Below are positions 21,401 through 33,485 of a stretch of DNA of 64,000 bases, one piece after another. Within the stretch, counting starts at the first letter, position 1. Each line of letters starts with the position of its first letter. The position numbers and the translations under genes are program-made. The DNA comes from Flectonema sp. DT1601. Taxonomy: Eukaryota. The notes under the pieces were generated by a model. The model was not told where the DNA came from and did not search any database. It saw only the letters and a list, made by a program, of their open reading frames with translations. The stretch lies in contig OZ025795.1 of the NCBI GenBank assembly GCA_964019425.1, positions 1,240,001 to 1,304,000 of the forward strand. Direction: 5' to 3'.

Positions 21401-22227
21401 ACAAAGTAGAAGGATACCGACTACAAGCATGTGGACAACCAAAGACTCATATCAGTCATGATAGTTATAAAGAAATGAGAGTAATTCTGAATCAGAGAAC
21501 TCGTAGAGTGGAAGCAACAATTCTAGGAAAGATAATAAGTGAACATAATTACAGTACCTTTACAGAGTTTAGAGTTGTTTTACTCGGGATACTTGAGAAT
21601 GTTAGGTTTGAAAAGAGTCTTCAAAGAGCGTTTCACGACTGCCTAAACGCTGACATGCATCACCTGGAACGCAGATCACTGAAATGCGTCAAAGCCAGCA
21701 TGAGTACGAGAGTTGTTGGTCTTCCTCCTTGGACTCCAACATGTGCTATCTGTAAAACTAGATTAAGTGAATCACAAGAAGTAATGGCTTTCATGTGTGG
21801 ACATGCTTATCATTATTCATGTTTCAGAGCTAAGGCTAGTGAATTATCTGAGAAGTGTCCTCATTGTTTTCGTCGACCGAAATCAAAGGGAGAAAGTAAA
21901 GTAGACCCGAGTCCTGCAGCACCTCAGTCTCGAAAAGCACCTCAGTTCGATCGTCGGTTAGAAAGACGAATTAAATTATTAAACAGCAGGTTGTCATTTA
22001 AACCAGCTAGTCTAGCGCTATCTGATTCACAACTTCAACTAAAGCCTCCAATTGTTGACGATGAGGATCTATTTGAGTTACCAGACTCTGAATCGGATGA
22101 AATAAGTAAGGAAGAAAAGAGTTGTCCTGAAGATGCTATTTCTGGCATCTTACCTCCTGAAGCAGACTTTTATCACGAATGGTTTCATGAAGAGATGTAC
22201 TTTGAGGGGGAGGCTGATTTAAATTGA
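15406..22227 (+). CDS. VPS8: CORVET subunit Vps8-like protein (5 exons: 15406-16387, 16459-20969, 21045-21143, 21211-21273, 21358-22227)
   Basis: Acidic N-terminus, WD40-like segment, Vps8-like LLEPCI..K..GMP motif, clathrin-heavy-chain-like solenoid and a C-terminal RING-H2 (CAIC...CGHAYHYSC...CPHC). All four GT-AG joins keep the frame open. Confidence 0.8.
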
Positions 22228-22476
22228 TTTACCTATCCACCTTATACGAAGTAAACAGTTTTATTATACGAAACCGTTTCGAGTAAATACATACTTGTTT
22301 TTGAAGCATCTTGCTTGACTGACAGCCTATGAAATGTCTAAAAAAGAAACAAAAAAACATTACCCTATCCTATTCTAGTTGTGCAACTCATTGTAACAAA
22401 ACAACCTTTTTCTTCTTTTTTTCCCGCCTCTTCGTAATTCACAAGCCCAATTCTCATTTCAGAGTAGTTACATTAT

Positions 22477-23871
22477 ATGAGAGGACTCTTAAAGTTGGCG
22501 GCAGGGGCCGGTGTCGGTTATGGTTTTGGATTTTTTGATTTCTGCAATCCTCACTGGTCATTCTATCAAATGGGAACAGTGAAGGATGGATCAATTCTTG
22601 ACACATACTGGTTACAAACATCAAAAGAAAAGAACCCAGTATCTAGATCTTTAAAATGCTCTGGTGAAGTTGACGTCGTCATAGTTGGAGGAGGAATGGC
22701 TGGACTACACACAGCGCTATCACTATCAGAAAAAGGAAAAAGTGTTGTTGTTTTAGAAGCGAAGCAAATTGGATGGGGTGCGTCTGGGCTGTCTATGGGA
22801 ATGGCTGCAAAAGGAACAATGCTTGACGAGGATCAGTTATTAGAAATAACCAACCCAGAGCTTGCTTCTAAAGTAATGCATCTCACGGATGAGGCTGAAC
22901 ACCGTCTTCGTCATCTAATAAAGAAACACAATATTAAATGTGATCACCAAGACCTTAATAGTATTGAATTATCATCGAGACCAATCCCAACTGATGAAGA
23001 AGATATTATAACACATCCTAAACTTGAACAACTAATTGGATCTCAGAGATACAAATGGGGAACCAGTAACGAAACCTTATCAATTAATCCTCTCGCATTC
23101 ACATGGGGTTTAGCTAGGGCATGTTTGTCTAATTCGGTTCAACTTTTTGAGTATTCTCCAGTTTCTTCAATTGAAAAATCAAAATCCCGCCGTGATCGTT
23201 GGCTTGTCCACACTGAAAACGGTTCTGAAATATGTTCCAAAGATGTTGTTCTTTGTACTGGAAGTCACCTTTCTCCACAACTACATAGGAAATTAGCTCT
23301 TGCTACCGTACCAATACATACTTGGGTTGCTCAAACAGAACCTATTCCGAAGGATAAGATGCCTGTAAAAGAACTCCCAGGATCGTTCATTGATGACACA
23401 ACCTCAATCAGATACTGGAGAATAATGGATGATGGCGTTATGTTATTCGGAGGACTTGCCGATCCGTATCTGTACTCGAGGGATAGCGCTGAGAAAAGAC
23501 TTAGATCTCAACTTGAATGGCTGTACCCTTCTTTAAAAGATGTAAAATTTGAAAAAGTTTGGGGAGGAACTCTATCATTCACTCGAAACGCCTTTCCCCT
23601 AATAGGAAAAGACAGTACAGGAATATACTACGCCACAGCCTTTGGTGGTCATGGGATCGTACCATCTTGTATGGCTGGTACTATGATTGCTGATGCTATC
23701 AGTGATGGTGATGCCGTTAATTTGTCTCTTGTAGATGATAATTTCAAACCAAGTTATGCTGGATATCCGTTTTCTAAGTTCGGAGGTACTGTCATCACAT
23801 CTTTCTACGATGCCCTCGATTCCAGAGAATCCAACGGAAAATGGGTTCCACAAGTAAGTAGACCTTGGTAG
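22477..23871 (+). CDS. FAD-dependent oxidoreductase, DAO family (PuuB/OrdL-like)
   Basis: DVVIVGGGMAGL dinucleotide-binding motif, LEAKQIGWGASG, and WGG...PLIG...AFGGHGI. Confidence 0.88.
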   Translation: MRGLLKLAAGAGVGYGFGFFDFCNPHWSFYQMGTVKDGSILDTYWLQTSKEKNPVSRSLKCSGEVDVVIVGGGMAGLHTALSLSEKGKSVVVLEAKQIGWGASGLSMGMAAKGTMLDEDQLLEITNPELASKVMHLTDEAEHRLRHLIKKHNIKCDHQDLNSIELSSRPIPTDEEDIITHPKLEQLIGSQRYKWGTSNETLSINPLAFTWGLARACLSNSVQLFEYSPVSSIEKSKSRRDRWLVHTENGSEICSKDVVLCTGSHLSPQLHRKLALATVPIHTWVAQTEPIPKDKMPVKELPGSFIDDTTSIRYWRIMDDGVMLFGGLADPYLYSRDSAEKRLRSQLEWLYPSLKDVKFEKVWGGTLSFTRNAFPLIGKDSTGIYYATAFGGHGIVPSCMAGTMIADAISDGDAVNLSLVDDNFKPSYAGYPFSKFGGTVITSFYDALDSRESNGKWVPQVSRPW

Positions 23872-24141
23872 TACTTAATAAAAAAAAATATTTATTGATA
23901 ACCAGCTTACTGATTTAGAAACGATTGATATTCTTAGGAAGGTGATATCATTTTCTCTGATTGTCTTTTTTTTTATATAATTTTTTTTTAAAAAAAAAAA
24001 AACATCTTCCCTCCCCTTCCTTCAGGTTACACATTACAATTTTCGATACTTAAAAAATAATATCATCTTTTTGTGCATGTTTTTAAAAAACAAAATTATT
24101 TTTACATCAGGCTGAACTGCAGGGGGGAGTCCAGAAGCAAT

Positions 24142-25385
24142 ATGCCCCTCATAAGGACTCGTGTTCTGCTGATTGGACCTCGTAAGAGAAGACAGTCAAT
24201 CAGACATTGGGACTTAGTAAAGGATTTAATCGAACAAGATAGACAAATGGGTCAAGATCCAGTAGCTGTTGTAAAGCCTCCATGGCCATTGATACCTCCA
24301 TTTGAACTCGGAACAATAGAACAAGAATGGCTTAGATACCGTAATGTTCAGAAGTTAGTTGCATCTGGTGCGATTCAGCCTCCGCGTTGGTTTAAAGAAT
24401 CTCGTCTGGCACCACCTAACTCTGGACCATTCTGGGGAGATCCACCAGTTCACGGTATGGATCACAAACTACCACTTAGAAGACATATTTGGACTCATAA
24501 TTTAAAACCTCCTACGGAACTGATGAAGATGTTTTTATTAAGGAAAGAAGATAGAGTTTATGAAAAGAACTTTCGTCAAGTCATCGGGTTCACTCCACAA
24601 GAAAAGGTTCGACGAGGACTAAAAGAGAACATCCCGAATGCTGCGAGGGAAGGAAGAACCACTTTCAATTTCTTTTGGCAGAAAAAGTCATTAGAGAAAG
24701 TAGAAACGAGATACTCTCAATTAGTAGACGAGGGTGTCGCAGAAGTAGAAGCGAATCGAATAGTTGAGCGTGAATTTCAAACTGCTGTAGCTGTTAGAAA
24801 ACGTCAACAGGCTTTTGCTGCTGAAACAGCCCGCCGTTCAGGTAAAGCCGTCAGTGCATTCCAAGGTCATTGGGTATTGGATTTAATTGCTACTCTTCAA
24901 GAGCGTATGTTCTTCAATTTTCTCATTTATTATTTTTATATCACTCTCGTTGTTTAAAATTAGACAACAACACTTCCTACAGATGCCATCAACAGAGCAC
25001 TTACTGATAGCGCTGGAAATGATTTACGTGTCGTAGCTGCTCATCACACACCAGAAGTTAGACATGGGAAACGTATTGAAAGCGAAGAAGATGAAGACGA
25101 CACAGTTTCTAAAGAAACTATTCGTTATTTAGAGTATGCTGGTTTACAACCTGATATGTTGTCATTCGAGGTATGTTCCATGAAATAGTTTTATTATTAT
25201 AATTATTCATATTAAAGTACAATAATAACTAATCTCCCCCAACACAGGAACAAATTATTGGTCAGCACCGTCCGATGGCAGATCCTGAAACTGCGAGAAA
25301 ACTCGAAGCTGAGGATGCTATTGGTGGTGGACAGAGTCCAGAAGAGGTAGTGAACGACCAAGCAAAAGACAGACCTTCAGAATAA
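24142..25385 (+). CDS. Probable mitoribosomal small-subunit protein, mS23-like (exons 24142-24904, 24983-25170, 25248-25385)
   Basis: VQKLVASGAIQPPRWF...APP resembles the mS23/Rsm25 N-terminal motif. Two GTATGT...AG introns give an open frame. Confidence 0.55.
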
Positions 25386-25830
25386 AAGTAGTCTTTTATC
25401 TTGATTGGTTTTATCTCAAATGTGAATGCCGAACTGAGTGACAGGCGAATGGTGCTGTTGTCTTTAAGCTGTGCACTACTACTATTCAGTCTGTCTGTAT
25501 AATCTCGTGGGTTTTTGTGCATTATTTGTAGCAAAAATACCCACAATTAGGCATTGAAGCTCGAGGGAACGGATGCTTTATTTTTAAGTGTTGGAAAAAA
25601 AAAAAAAAAAAAAAATCCGTTACAAATTTGTTTTTTAAGGAACGCTTTCAGCACAGCGTAATTCGAAATCAGAAACTGTTGCTTTGAGTAAGAATAATGT
25701 AAAAAACTTTTTTTCGTTTTTTTCCCAGCGACAACTATTCTTATAACAATCCTAGGCTATGAAGTTAACCAGCCCCTGATCTGATTGATTTCCCTTTATA
25801 ATATCATTTCTACCTTCATCAGTTGACTTA

Positions 25831-27927
25831 ATGCCGCAAACTATTGAACATTTCATCCAACAAGAAGATGACTACCACAGATGTCGTATCGAATTAGTTC
25901 TGCGACCATTCTTTGGTGTTAATGAAACTACAATAGAAGAACCTGGACAAAAGGAATGGAATGTAGAAGAAGATCAGTTTATTGTAAATTGTTCAAATGC
26001 TCATGAAGATGATTGGGTTAAAGAATACAACGACCACTCGAGGGTTAATCCTCAACTATTTCCAAAAAAAAACATCACAACCAGAACATTAGAAATACGA
26101 TTAGAGACTCTACGTCGACACCTTCCTTGGAGATATAAACTGTTGAAAGCTGAAGCAGATAATTCACAACAACATACCTACCAACCTCTATTTGATGTGG
26201 TCCCAAAGAGGAGGAGATCTAAACCAGTCATTGATTCTGAGATCGTGTTTCATTGTGATGATGGGGAGGTCGCTGTTTCTTCTGCTGTTTTGTTGAAATT
26301 ATCGAAACGTATAAATGTAATGTTGTCGAACAAGCCTGTTTCGATTGATAACAAACACCATCTTAATTTTTCTTCCGAAGAGTTTTCAATGAAGACTACG
26401 GATACACACGAAGCATTCACAGTCAAATCGATAAAAAACTTTTTAAAAATATGTCAACAACCATCATGGAGTGATACGAAATTAAAATTAGAAAATTCAA
26501 TAAAACTACTTCTGAATGACAATAAAGATCTTTGGAACACATTAAAGCTCAGCAATGTTGAAAAAAGAACAACAGCAGTGAACCAAATCAAAGATGCACT
26601 TCAGCAAACACTTTACGATGTGGAAGAGAGAAGTAAAATCTGTTTGAAAAATGATATAGAAGCATTAACTGTTAATTATGAAAGAAATCTTAGAAAAGAA
26701 ATTAAAACAATAAATAAAAAGTATAATCAATTAGCTAGTGATGTTGACATGTACTATGATGCCGAAGACGAAAGGGTTTCGAACTTGGCATTGACTCACA
26801 ATACACGAGCGAGAGAGCTTTTAAAATATGAGGAACAAATCAATACTTTGGACGGTCTACTATCTGACCTACACGGCTCTAATGCTGATCCCTGTTGTAT
26901 TCCCAGAATGTTCATCTTGTCTGATGTGTTAGAATCTGACGTCATCAAAGACACAATTATCGAATTAATTTTAGAAAAACCTGTTTTATACTTTGAGACT
27001 GGGATCTTTGAAAGTAGATTACTGCAGTCGACGGGAATTTCTTATTTACTCTCTCGGATGTCTTCTGCACAAATATATTCGTTGGAGTCGGCGGCAATCA
27101 ATGGAACATGTGAGAAGTTAATATCAAAAGAATTAGCCTTTCGTATATCAGTCGCGAAGTCTGAATACAGAGAGATGGATACTGAACAATTAACATTATT
27201 AGCTAAGTCGTTACCATTTGATGAAGATTTAATTTTATTGGAACTTTCTAGCAGAGCAAGAGAAGGTTTCAATTTAAAAAAAAAGAGTTCTAATGTCGTA
27301 TCATTTCGACATGTTGGAGATTCTATTTGCTCACAATCAGATAAATCACTGACAGTAGCAATATCAGGTTCATATGTTACAGCGTTAGGTACACATGGGA
27401 GGTCATTCACTGATGTTGGAGTTTGGTTTTGGGAAGCTACAATAAATGAAAAAGACCCAGGAACAACAGTATGCTTTGGTTGGGAATCAGTGACGTCAAG
27501 TAGCTGCACACTCACATCTGATGTAATTCGTCAAATTCCATGTCGAGGAAAGGGACTCTACGGAAATCAGAAAATACCAGGTCTAACCCCTGGTGAGAAT
27601 GGTCTTCATGGACTTACTGTAACTAGTGATGGGGTTTTACATACTTTTGGTCATCCTGAAGATACTTTTGAGTTGTTTTCTAAGAATGATGTCATCGGTC
27701 TCTCACTCAACCAGCTTCGAGGAAGTTGCTCGTTCTACAAAAATGGTCATCCAATAACGAAAGCTACAGACATTGAACTGGACTCACCATCATGTTTTCA
27801 TGTTGTTCCTTGTATCACATTCTATACATGTGTTCCTCATCAACGATTAGTAGTTACACCTGACTTTTATGGTCCGTTTAAATATCCAATTCTAAATCAC
27901 ACGCCTTATGCGATGTTTTCTGTTTAG
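25831..27927 (+). CDS. BTB-like + coiled-coil + SPRY domain protein
   Basis: SEIVFHCDDGEVAVSSAVL (BTB-like), and GVWFWEATI...VCFGW...NDVIGLSLN...SFYKNG (SPRY). Confidence 0.78.
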   Translation: MPQTIEHFIQQEDDYHRCRIELVLRPFFGVNETTIEEPGQKEWNVEEDQFIVNCSNAHEDDWVKEYNDHSRVNPQLFPKKNITTRTLEIRLETLRRHLPWRYKLLKAEADNSQQHTYQPLFDVVPKRRRSKPVIDSEIVFHCDDGEVAVSSAVLLKLSKRINVMLSNKPVSIDNKHHLNFSSEEFSMKTTDTHEAFTVKSIKNFLKICQQPSWSDTKLKLENSIKLLLNDNKDLWNTLKLSNVEKRTTAVNQIKDALQQTLYDVEERSKICLKNDIEALTVNYERNLRKEIKTINKKYNQLASDVDMYYDAEDERVSNLALTHNTRARELLKYEEQINTLDGLLSDLHGSNADPCCIPRMFILSDVLESDVIKDTIIELILEKPVLYFETGIFESRLLQSTGISYLLSRMSSAQIYSLESAAINGTCEKLISKELAFRISVAKSEYREMDTEQLTLLAKSLPFDEDLILLELSSRAREGFNLKKKSSNVVSFRHVGDSICSQSDKSLTVAISGSYVTALGTHGRSFTDVGVWFWEATINEKDPGTTVCFGWESVTSSSCTLTSDVIRQIPCRGKGLYGNQKIPGLTPGENGLHGLTVTSDGVLHTFGHPEDTFELFSKNDVIGLSLNQLRGSCSFYKNGHPITKATDIELDSPSCFHVVPCITFYTCVPHQRLVVTPDFYGPFKYPILNHTPYAMFSV

Positions 27928-28087
27928 GTTGTAATAATTAATCAGTTGTCACTTACACAAGAACTTTTGATTGGTTTCTTTTTGAGGTAGACTTGGGCTA
28001 TTAATCTTATTTATAACAGAAAAAAAAAAAAGAAAAAAAAAAAAAACTGACCCAACATCAACAGTATCACAACCAATATGAAATTAG

Positions 28088-30840
28088 ATGCGTGATGTTA
28101 GGATTTTTGACTCACTGAAAGAGATTCAGTCAGATTCGGAGTCTTCATGTGGAAGAACAAGTACAACAGAGAGAGGATCCGTTAGGGATAGCGTCACCTA
28201 CGATGAGCTTATCAGAGGTACACAAACTGATCTAATGTCTGAAAGAGAGAGTCGAACTTTATATGTACTAAGAACTCGTTACAAGGACCGGATGAGATCA
28301 TATTTAAAAAAACTACTCGTCGATCGATATCTTGCAAGATGGAAGAAATGGACAAACAAAATAAGAAATAAACGACAAGACGACCTCCGTCAAGAAGAGT
28401 TAGACATGTATTCATTAAACAGATTTCTAATAGATTCTCGTGAAGCTGATGAGAACATCGTATGGATTGGTCATTCAGGTGAGAAACAATCGTTTTTGTT
28501 TGCTCACTTTCCTCCGCCTGGTAAGTATCTCGCACCCGACACGTGGTACTGGAAACAACTTCAAAAAGTCGCAAGTATGCTTTTACTGACCGGAGAAGGT
28601 CTTTACACCCTACCAGAACGACGAGGTGGTGTTATTCTTTATGAAATACCATTCTCACAAATATCAGCTATGGATTACAGCAATGGGCTAACTACAGATG
28701 GAAGATGGGCTGTTGAAACGAAAGTAATTTGGAAAAGAAATTTTCCAAGTGCCAAAGCAATGTGTGATTTTATAAAAGGAAAAGTAATGCCACCAGCGAT
28801 AGTAGTTCTCGCTGGAGTTGTCGCAGCTACGATTAGTTTAGGAAGGGCATCACATCCGTTGTTGATGACGTGTTTTGAGTATCCAGCAGACCCTATTGAG
28901 TTACCTTGGAGTATTGGATTTCTTGTAGACTCTTCGAGTGAGGATGAAAACCCGGATTCGTTAGAAGTATCTAGTCACAGTTATACTCATCGATACCCAC
29001 ATAAGTATCTTAAAATGTGTGTTCAAGTTGCATCAGCCAGCTCAGGATTACCACCATCACCTGAACCGTTACCTCTACCACCACGCAGCTATACTAATGA
29101 TTGTATTGCTGAAAGTCCTACTCATTGCTTTCCATCTCATTCTCTTGAGTGTCAACCAATCCGCACAAATATGTTAGTAACTTATTTTAATGATAGCGCT
29201 GCTGCGAGATTGCCACAAGCATTATGGTCAGTCTTACAAAAAAAAGAAAACAGCAGAGAACTAAAGCTAATTGAATCAGGTATGCCTAGCTGGGCAATGT
29301 TCTTACCACAGAGAAGGATTTACTACAGAACTTGGATTCGAATAGTAGTTCAGACAATCGCAATCATTTGGCCTATTGTAACTCTAATAGCAGCGCTAAT
29401 AGATTTGTATAGATCTTTTGAAGCCATTCGCTCGATAGCACATGTTGTATCAAATTTCTTCAACTATCTGGGTCAGGGGTTTTGGTATTGCGTTGCATGT
29501 TTCAGGGAAGCTTTGTGGTCGATGTCTCGACCAGTTTTAGAAGGTATTCTCGATACTCTCGGTGATTGGTGGTCAGTTGTAGTATTAGAAATTTGGGGCT
29601 ATCTCAAAGGAACGGCAGATTTTATAATAAACATCGTGTACTTAGTGGTCGAGTGTATAACAGCGTTTCCGGTATTCTCGTATGTATTTTGCTTCTTGTC
29701 TTGTAAGTTTTACTGGAGGAAAAAAAAAAAAAAAAAAATCACAAAACACACAGGGCACTAGCCGAGACCAAGGCATATTTTGTTTCCATGTTACTACCAT
29801 ACGGTGCTGACTTAATGGTAGCAATTATGACAGCACTAAAAGTATGGGCGCAAGTCATAGCTTCGCTGTGGAAGATTGTGACGGGTTCGACAGTGGCAGC
29901 ATTTAAAGTAGTTTATGGTATATTAGGAGTTCCGAAGGGTGTTGTTCAAGTCTTGAGAAATTTCGCTGCTTATTCACAAGCAATTTATAACAGAGTAGAA
30001 CCTGTTGCTAGGCATCTGTTTGCTTTTAAACAGGTGAATATTCAAACAGCAGCTGACCAAGCGACGAAATGGAACAAACTGAACATAGCAAGACATTCCG
30101 TTTCGAATATATTTGCAAGAACTTGGAACTTAACGATTTGGGTCGGAACAGAAATTAGCAAACACTACTACACCTGGATAATAAGACCAACTACTGTGTT
30201 GTGGGATCAGCTAGCAGAACACTGGGGATTTATAATAAACGGGTTCATATCATTATTACCTTATGGGTTGTTTTCGTACCTCTTAAATGATGATACTCAA
30301 ACAACGTGGTTAACTGTAGTCCAAGATTTATTACTTTACATTTTATCATACGTCTTGGTCTCTCTTATTGTTCCCAGAGTTAATTTCAGTGATTTATATA
30401 GTCAGAATATAAGAATTGTTCACGGTATAGTTCTAACTGGTTTCTTTATTGCTGTTTGTTATGTTGAGTATACATGTCTACCTCAGGATGCAACCCTTCA
30501 GAGAAATATAGTGACTTTAGGAACACATTTGTTTTGTTGGCAATTAGTATATAGTTTTGTAACATCAGTAGTGTTGCGTCCAAAGAGGAGCAGACCTCCA
30601 CCTCTTAAGACAAAAGAAGCGATTCAACCGTTAGTTCTGCCACATGTAGTGTCTAGGAAGGTTTCTCCAATAATCAGACGACGGTTTTCCTCGATCAGAA
30701 ACATCCCTCGATTTCGGACGTTTGATGGTGAGCTGGTAGGCGGTCACATATACCCAGCAACCCCTACCTCTGATCCAGGAGCTCCTATTTCACTACACAG
30801 TTTTGATTATGTACAGGGAGTCGGTAATAAGTCTTTCTAA
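28088..30840 (+). CDS. Hypothetical multi-pass membrane protein (exons 28088-29679, 29754-30840)
   Basis: Two long ORFs are joined in frame by the GTATGT...CAG intron at 29680-29753. Several hydrophobic helices. Confidence 0.75.
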
Positions 30841-32049
30841 AGTGAAAAGTTATTTTTATTTTTATATATTTTTTATTATTATTTATGTCCTCTTGTACTG
30901 ATCCTTTTAAGTGTTTGTACAGATGTAACTAACCTCAGGTTACAAGGTGTTCCTTAGAGGGAATTCGTAAAAAAACACAAAAGAAAAAAAAAAAAAAAAG
31001 AGAGAATGGAGTGGGAACAAACCAACCCAACTGCAATGATATGTCGCTGGTGAATATTTATTACATCACCTCCCTCTGGTGTTAGACAGGAGCTCATAAG
31101 CTCTTGTGAATATTCTACGCTTTTTTTTTTTTTTCTTTTTTTTTTTTCTCACTCCCCGTTTACTCTGTCTACTACTAACTTCTTTGTTTATTTCTGTAAC
31201 AACAGTAGTAATGTGCTTGTTTTTTTTTTCTCTTTTTTTTTCTTTCTTTCTTTCTATTATTTGATTTCTCGTGTAAGCGTTGTTCAGCTGGTTCTCTTCT
31301 AACTCCGGCTGACTGTCATTACAAGTGGCCTCTTTTTTACTTGTTGAGGGAGAATATCTTTTTTTAAATTCTTGCTGACATTCACGAATTAACTACAAGA
31401 GGGTTATATAAGGATTGTTGACTGACATCGATCCAAGGGGATTATGTAAGTGAAGTAGAGTAGCAAAGAAAGAGGTTAGTTGTTGCTTTCATGGCTGGTT
31501 AATAAAAAAAATATATGGCACACCAGTATAATTCAGCTGACAAAAAAAAAAAAAAAAAAAAAAAAGTTGGAAAAATAAAATCTAAAAGTCTCTCATTAGA
31601 TATTGTTGCTGTCAAATGATTAGTGTGATAGGTTTGTTATTTTTTTTTATGAAAACCAAAAAAAAAAATTTAAAAAAAAAAAAAATTGCGATGTAGCTGA
31701 TTAATATCCCTTCTACATGGCAATTGTTTGTTTTGTACTTCACTGACATCGCAGAAAAAGAAAATTTTAATATTCCCTCATTTTTTAGGTTCTGTCCTTT
31801 TTCTTTTTTGCCATTGCTTAGGTTATTTGAGGTTTTTTTTTTATATTACATTATTATTATTATTTTTTTTTTTTTTTGGTTTTTTGATCGTATTCAAGTC
31901 TGTTTTTTTCATTATTATTATTTCGACTTAATCACAGGTATTCAAAAAAAAAAAAAAAAAATTCCTCCTCCTCCTCCTCCTCCTTTTTTTTTTTTTTTTC
32001 TCCCTTCACATACATTAACTAATATTTTAACATATTTACCCTTAACAGT

Positions 32050-33147
32050 ATGCTTAGGCGTTCATTACTTCTTATGGCTGGTGCTCGAAAGAGGCAATCT
32101 GATACTAAATGTGTAGGACTGCTGAAGAAGTCTTCAAGTTGCTCAGATAAACCTATCCATCCAATGTTTATCAAGAAAGAAGGGTCGATAAGTAGTAATT
32201 CATTGTTAAGCAGTGAATCTGAATTGGGAAGGATCGACAGTGATGTAAGTATGACAACCACTGCTTCATCCTTGACTGAAGAAGCCAGTAGCTCTGATTT
32301 AGATTTATCTGAGGAAGATTTAGAAAAACTAATTGACAACTCGGTAGCTGAACTTTGGAATCAACTAACGGATTCTGGTTGGAAAGAAGCACTCTCAGAG
32401 GAAAAGGATAAAGATTATTTCAGAGACCTTGCGTATTTTGTTCAAAAGGAACGTAAATCCAAAAAGGTATTTCCACAAAGTGAAGATGTTTTCACCGCCT
32501 TCAACACAACTCCTTATGATTCAATAAAGGTTATAATCATAGGACAAGATCCCTACCATGGGGATGGTCAGGCTCATGGATTATGTTTTTCTGTAATGCC
32601 TGGCGTAAAGACTCCACCGAGTCTTAGAAACATATACAAAGAACTAGTTCAGGACGTTGAAGGTTTTGAGACACCAGAACACGGATATCTACTTCCATGG
32701 GCTGAGCAAGGTATTCTAATGTTAAATGCTACACTCACTGTACAAGCGCATAAGGCTAATAGTCATGCGAAAAGTGGTTGGCAGAAGTTTACAGACGCAG
32801 CCATACTTAAATTGTCGGAATCAAAAAAGGATTTATTATTTTTACTTTGGGGAGGATTTGCTCACAAGAAAGGGAAGCATATCTGTCGTGACTCTCATTC
32901 TGTTATTGAAACTTTTCATCCGTCTCCGTTGAGCGTAACAAAATGGAGAAACTGTCGAGTGTTTAGCAGAGCTAATAAAAAACTTATTAAATTAGGTAAA
33001 GATCCTATCAACTGGAGACTATCAAAGGATCCAACAAAGAGACACAAACGAACAAAAGCACAATTGCTGTACGATCAGCAAGAAGATGACTCTGAAATTA
33101 CATCTGAAGACGAAGAGACATCATCAGCAACGTCTTCCAGCAGGTAA
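32050..33147 (+). CDS. UNG: Uracil-DNA glycosylase, family 1
   Basis: GQDPYH, GQAHGLCFSV, PPSLRNIYKEL, LMLNATLTV and HPSPLS motifs. Confidence 0.97.
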   Translation: MLRRSLLLMAGARKRQSDTKCVGLLKKSSSCSDKPIHPMFIKKEGSISSNSLLSSESELGRIDSDVSMTTTASSLTEEASSSDLDLSEEDLEKLIDNSVAELWNQLTDSGWKEALSEEKDKDYFRDLAYFVQKERKSKKVFPQSEDVFTAFNTTPYDSIKVIIIGQDPYHGDGQAHGLCFSVMPGVKTPPSLRNIYKELVQDVEGFETPEHGYLLPWAEQGILMLNATLTVQAHKANSHAKSGWQKFTDAAILKLSESKKDLLFLLWGGFAHKKGKHICRDSHSVIETFHPSPLSVTKWRNCRVFSRANKKLIKLGKDPINWRLSKDPTKRHKRTKAQLLYDQQEDDSEITSEDEETSSATSSSR

Positions 33148-33485
33148 TTTCCCTTTGATTCTATGTAAGGTGACGTCGACTCCCCATCCGCGAGTTTTTT
33201 CTTATATTTTTCAAAACTAATTTACCAAACGCGGAGGTGGGGGAAGGTCTGATTTCTTATTTTTGTCAGCGATCAGTTTTTTTCAAAACTGATCATTTTG
33301 TTGTAAAGAAGTACAAGAAGAATGTTGTTACGGACATGCTATCCTTCGTTAGGTCGAAAAGTTGTCCTCGGTTTTTGGTTTAGTTCTTTTTTTTTCTTTT
33401 TGTTTTTGTTTCACACAGTAATCTCTTCCTCCTCTTTCCCCCTTTATATCCCTTTAGTTCAAAAGTACAAAGTAAATTGTTTAAG

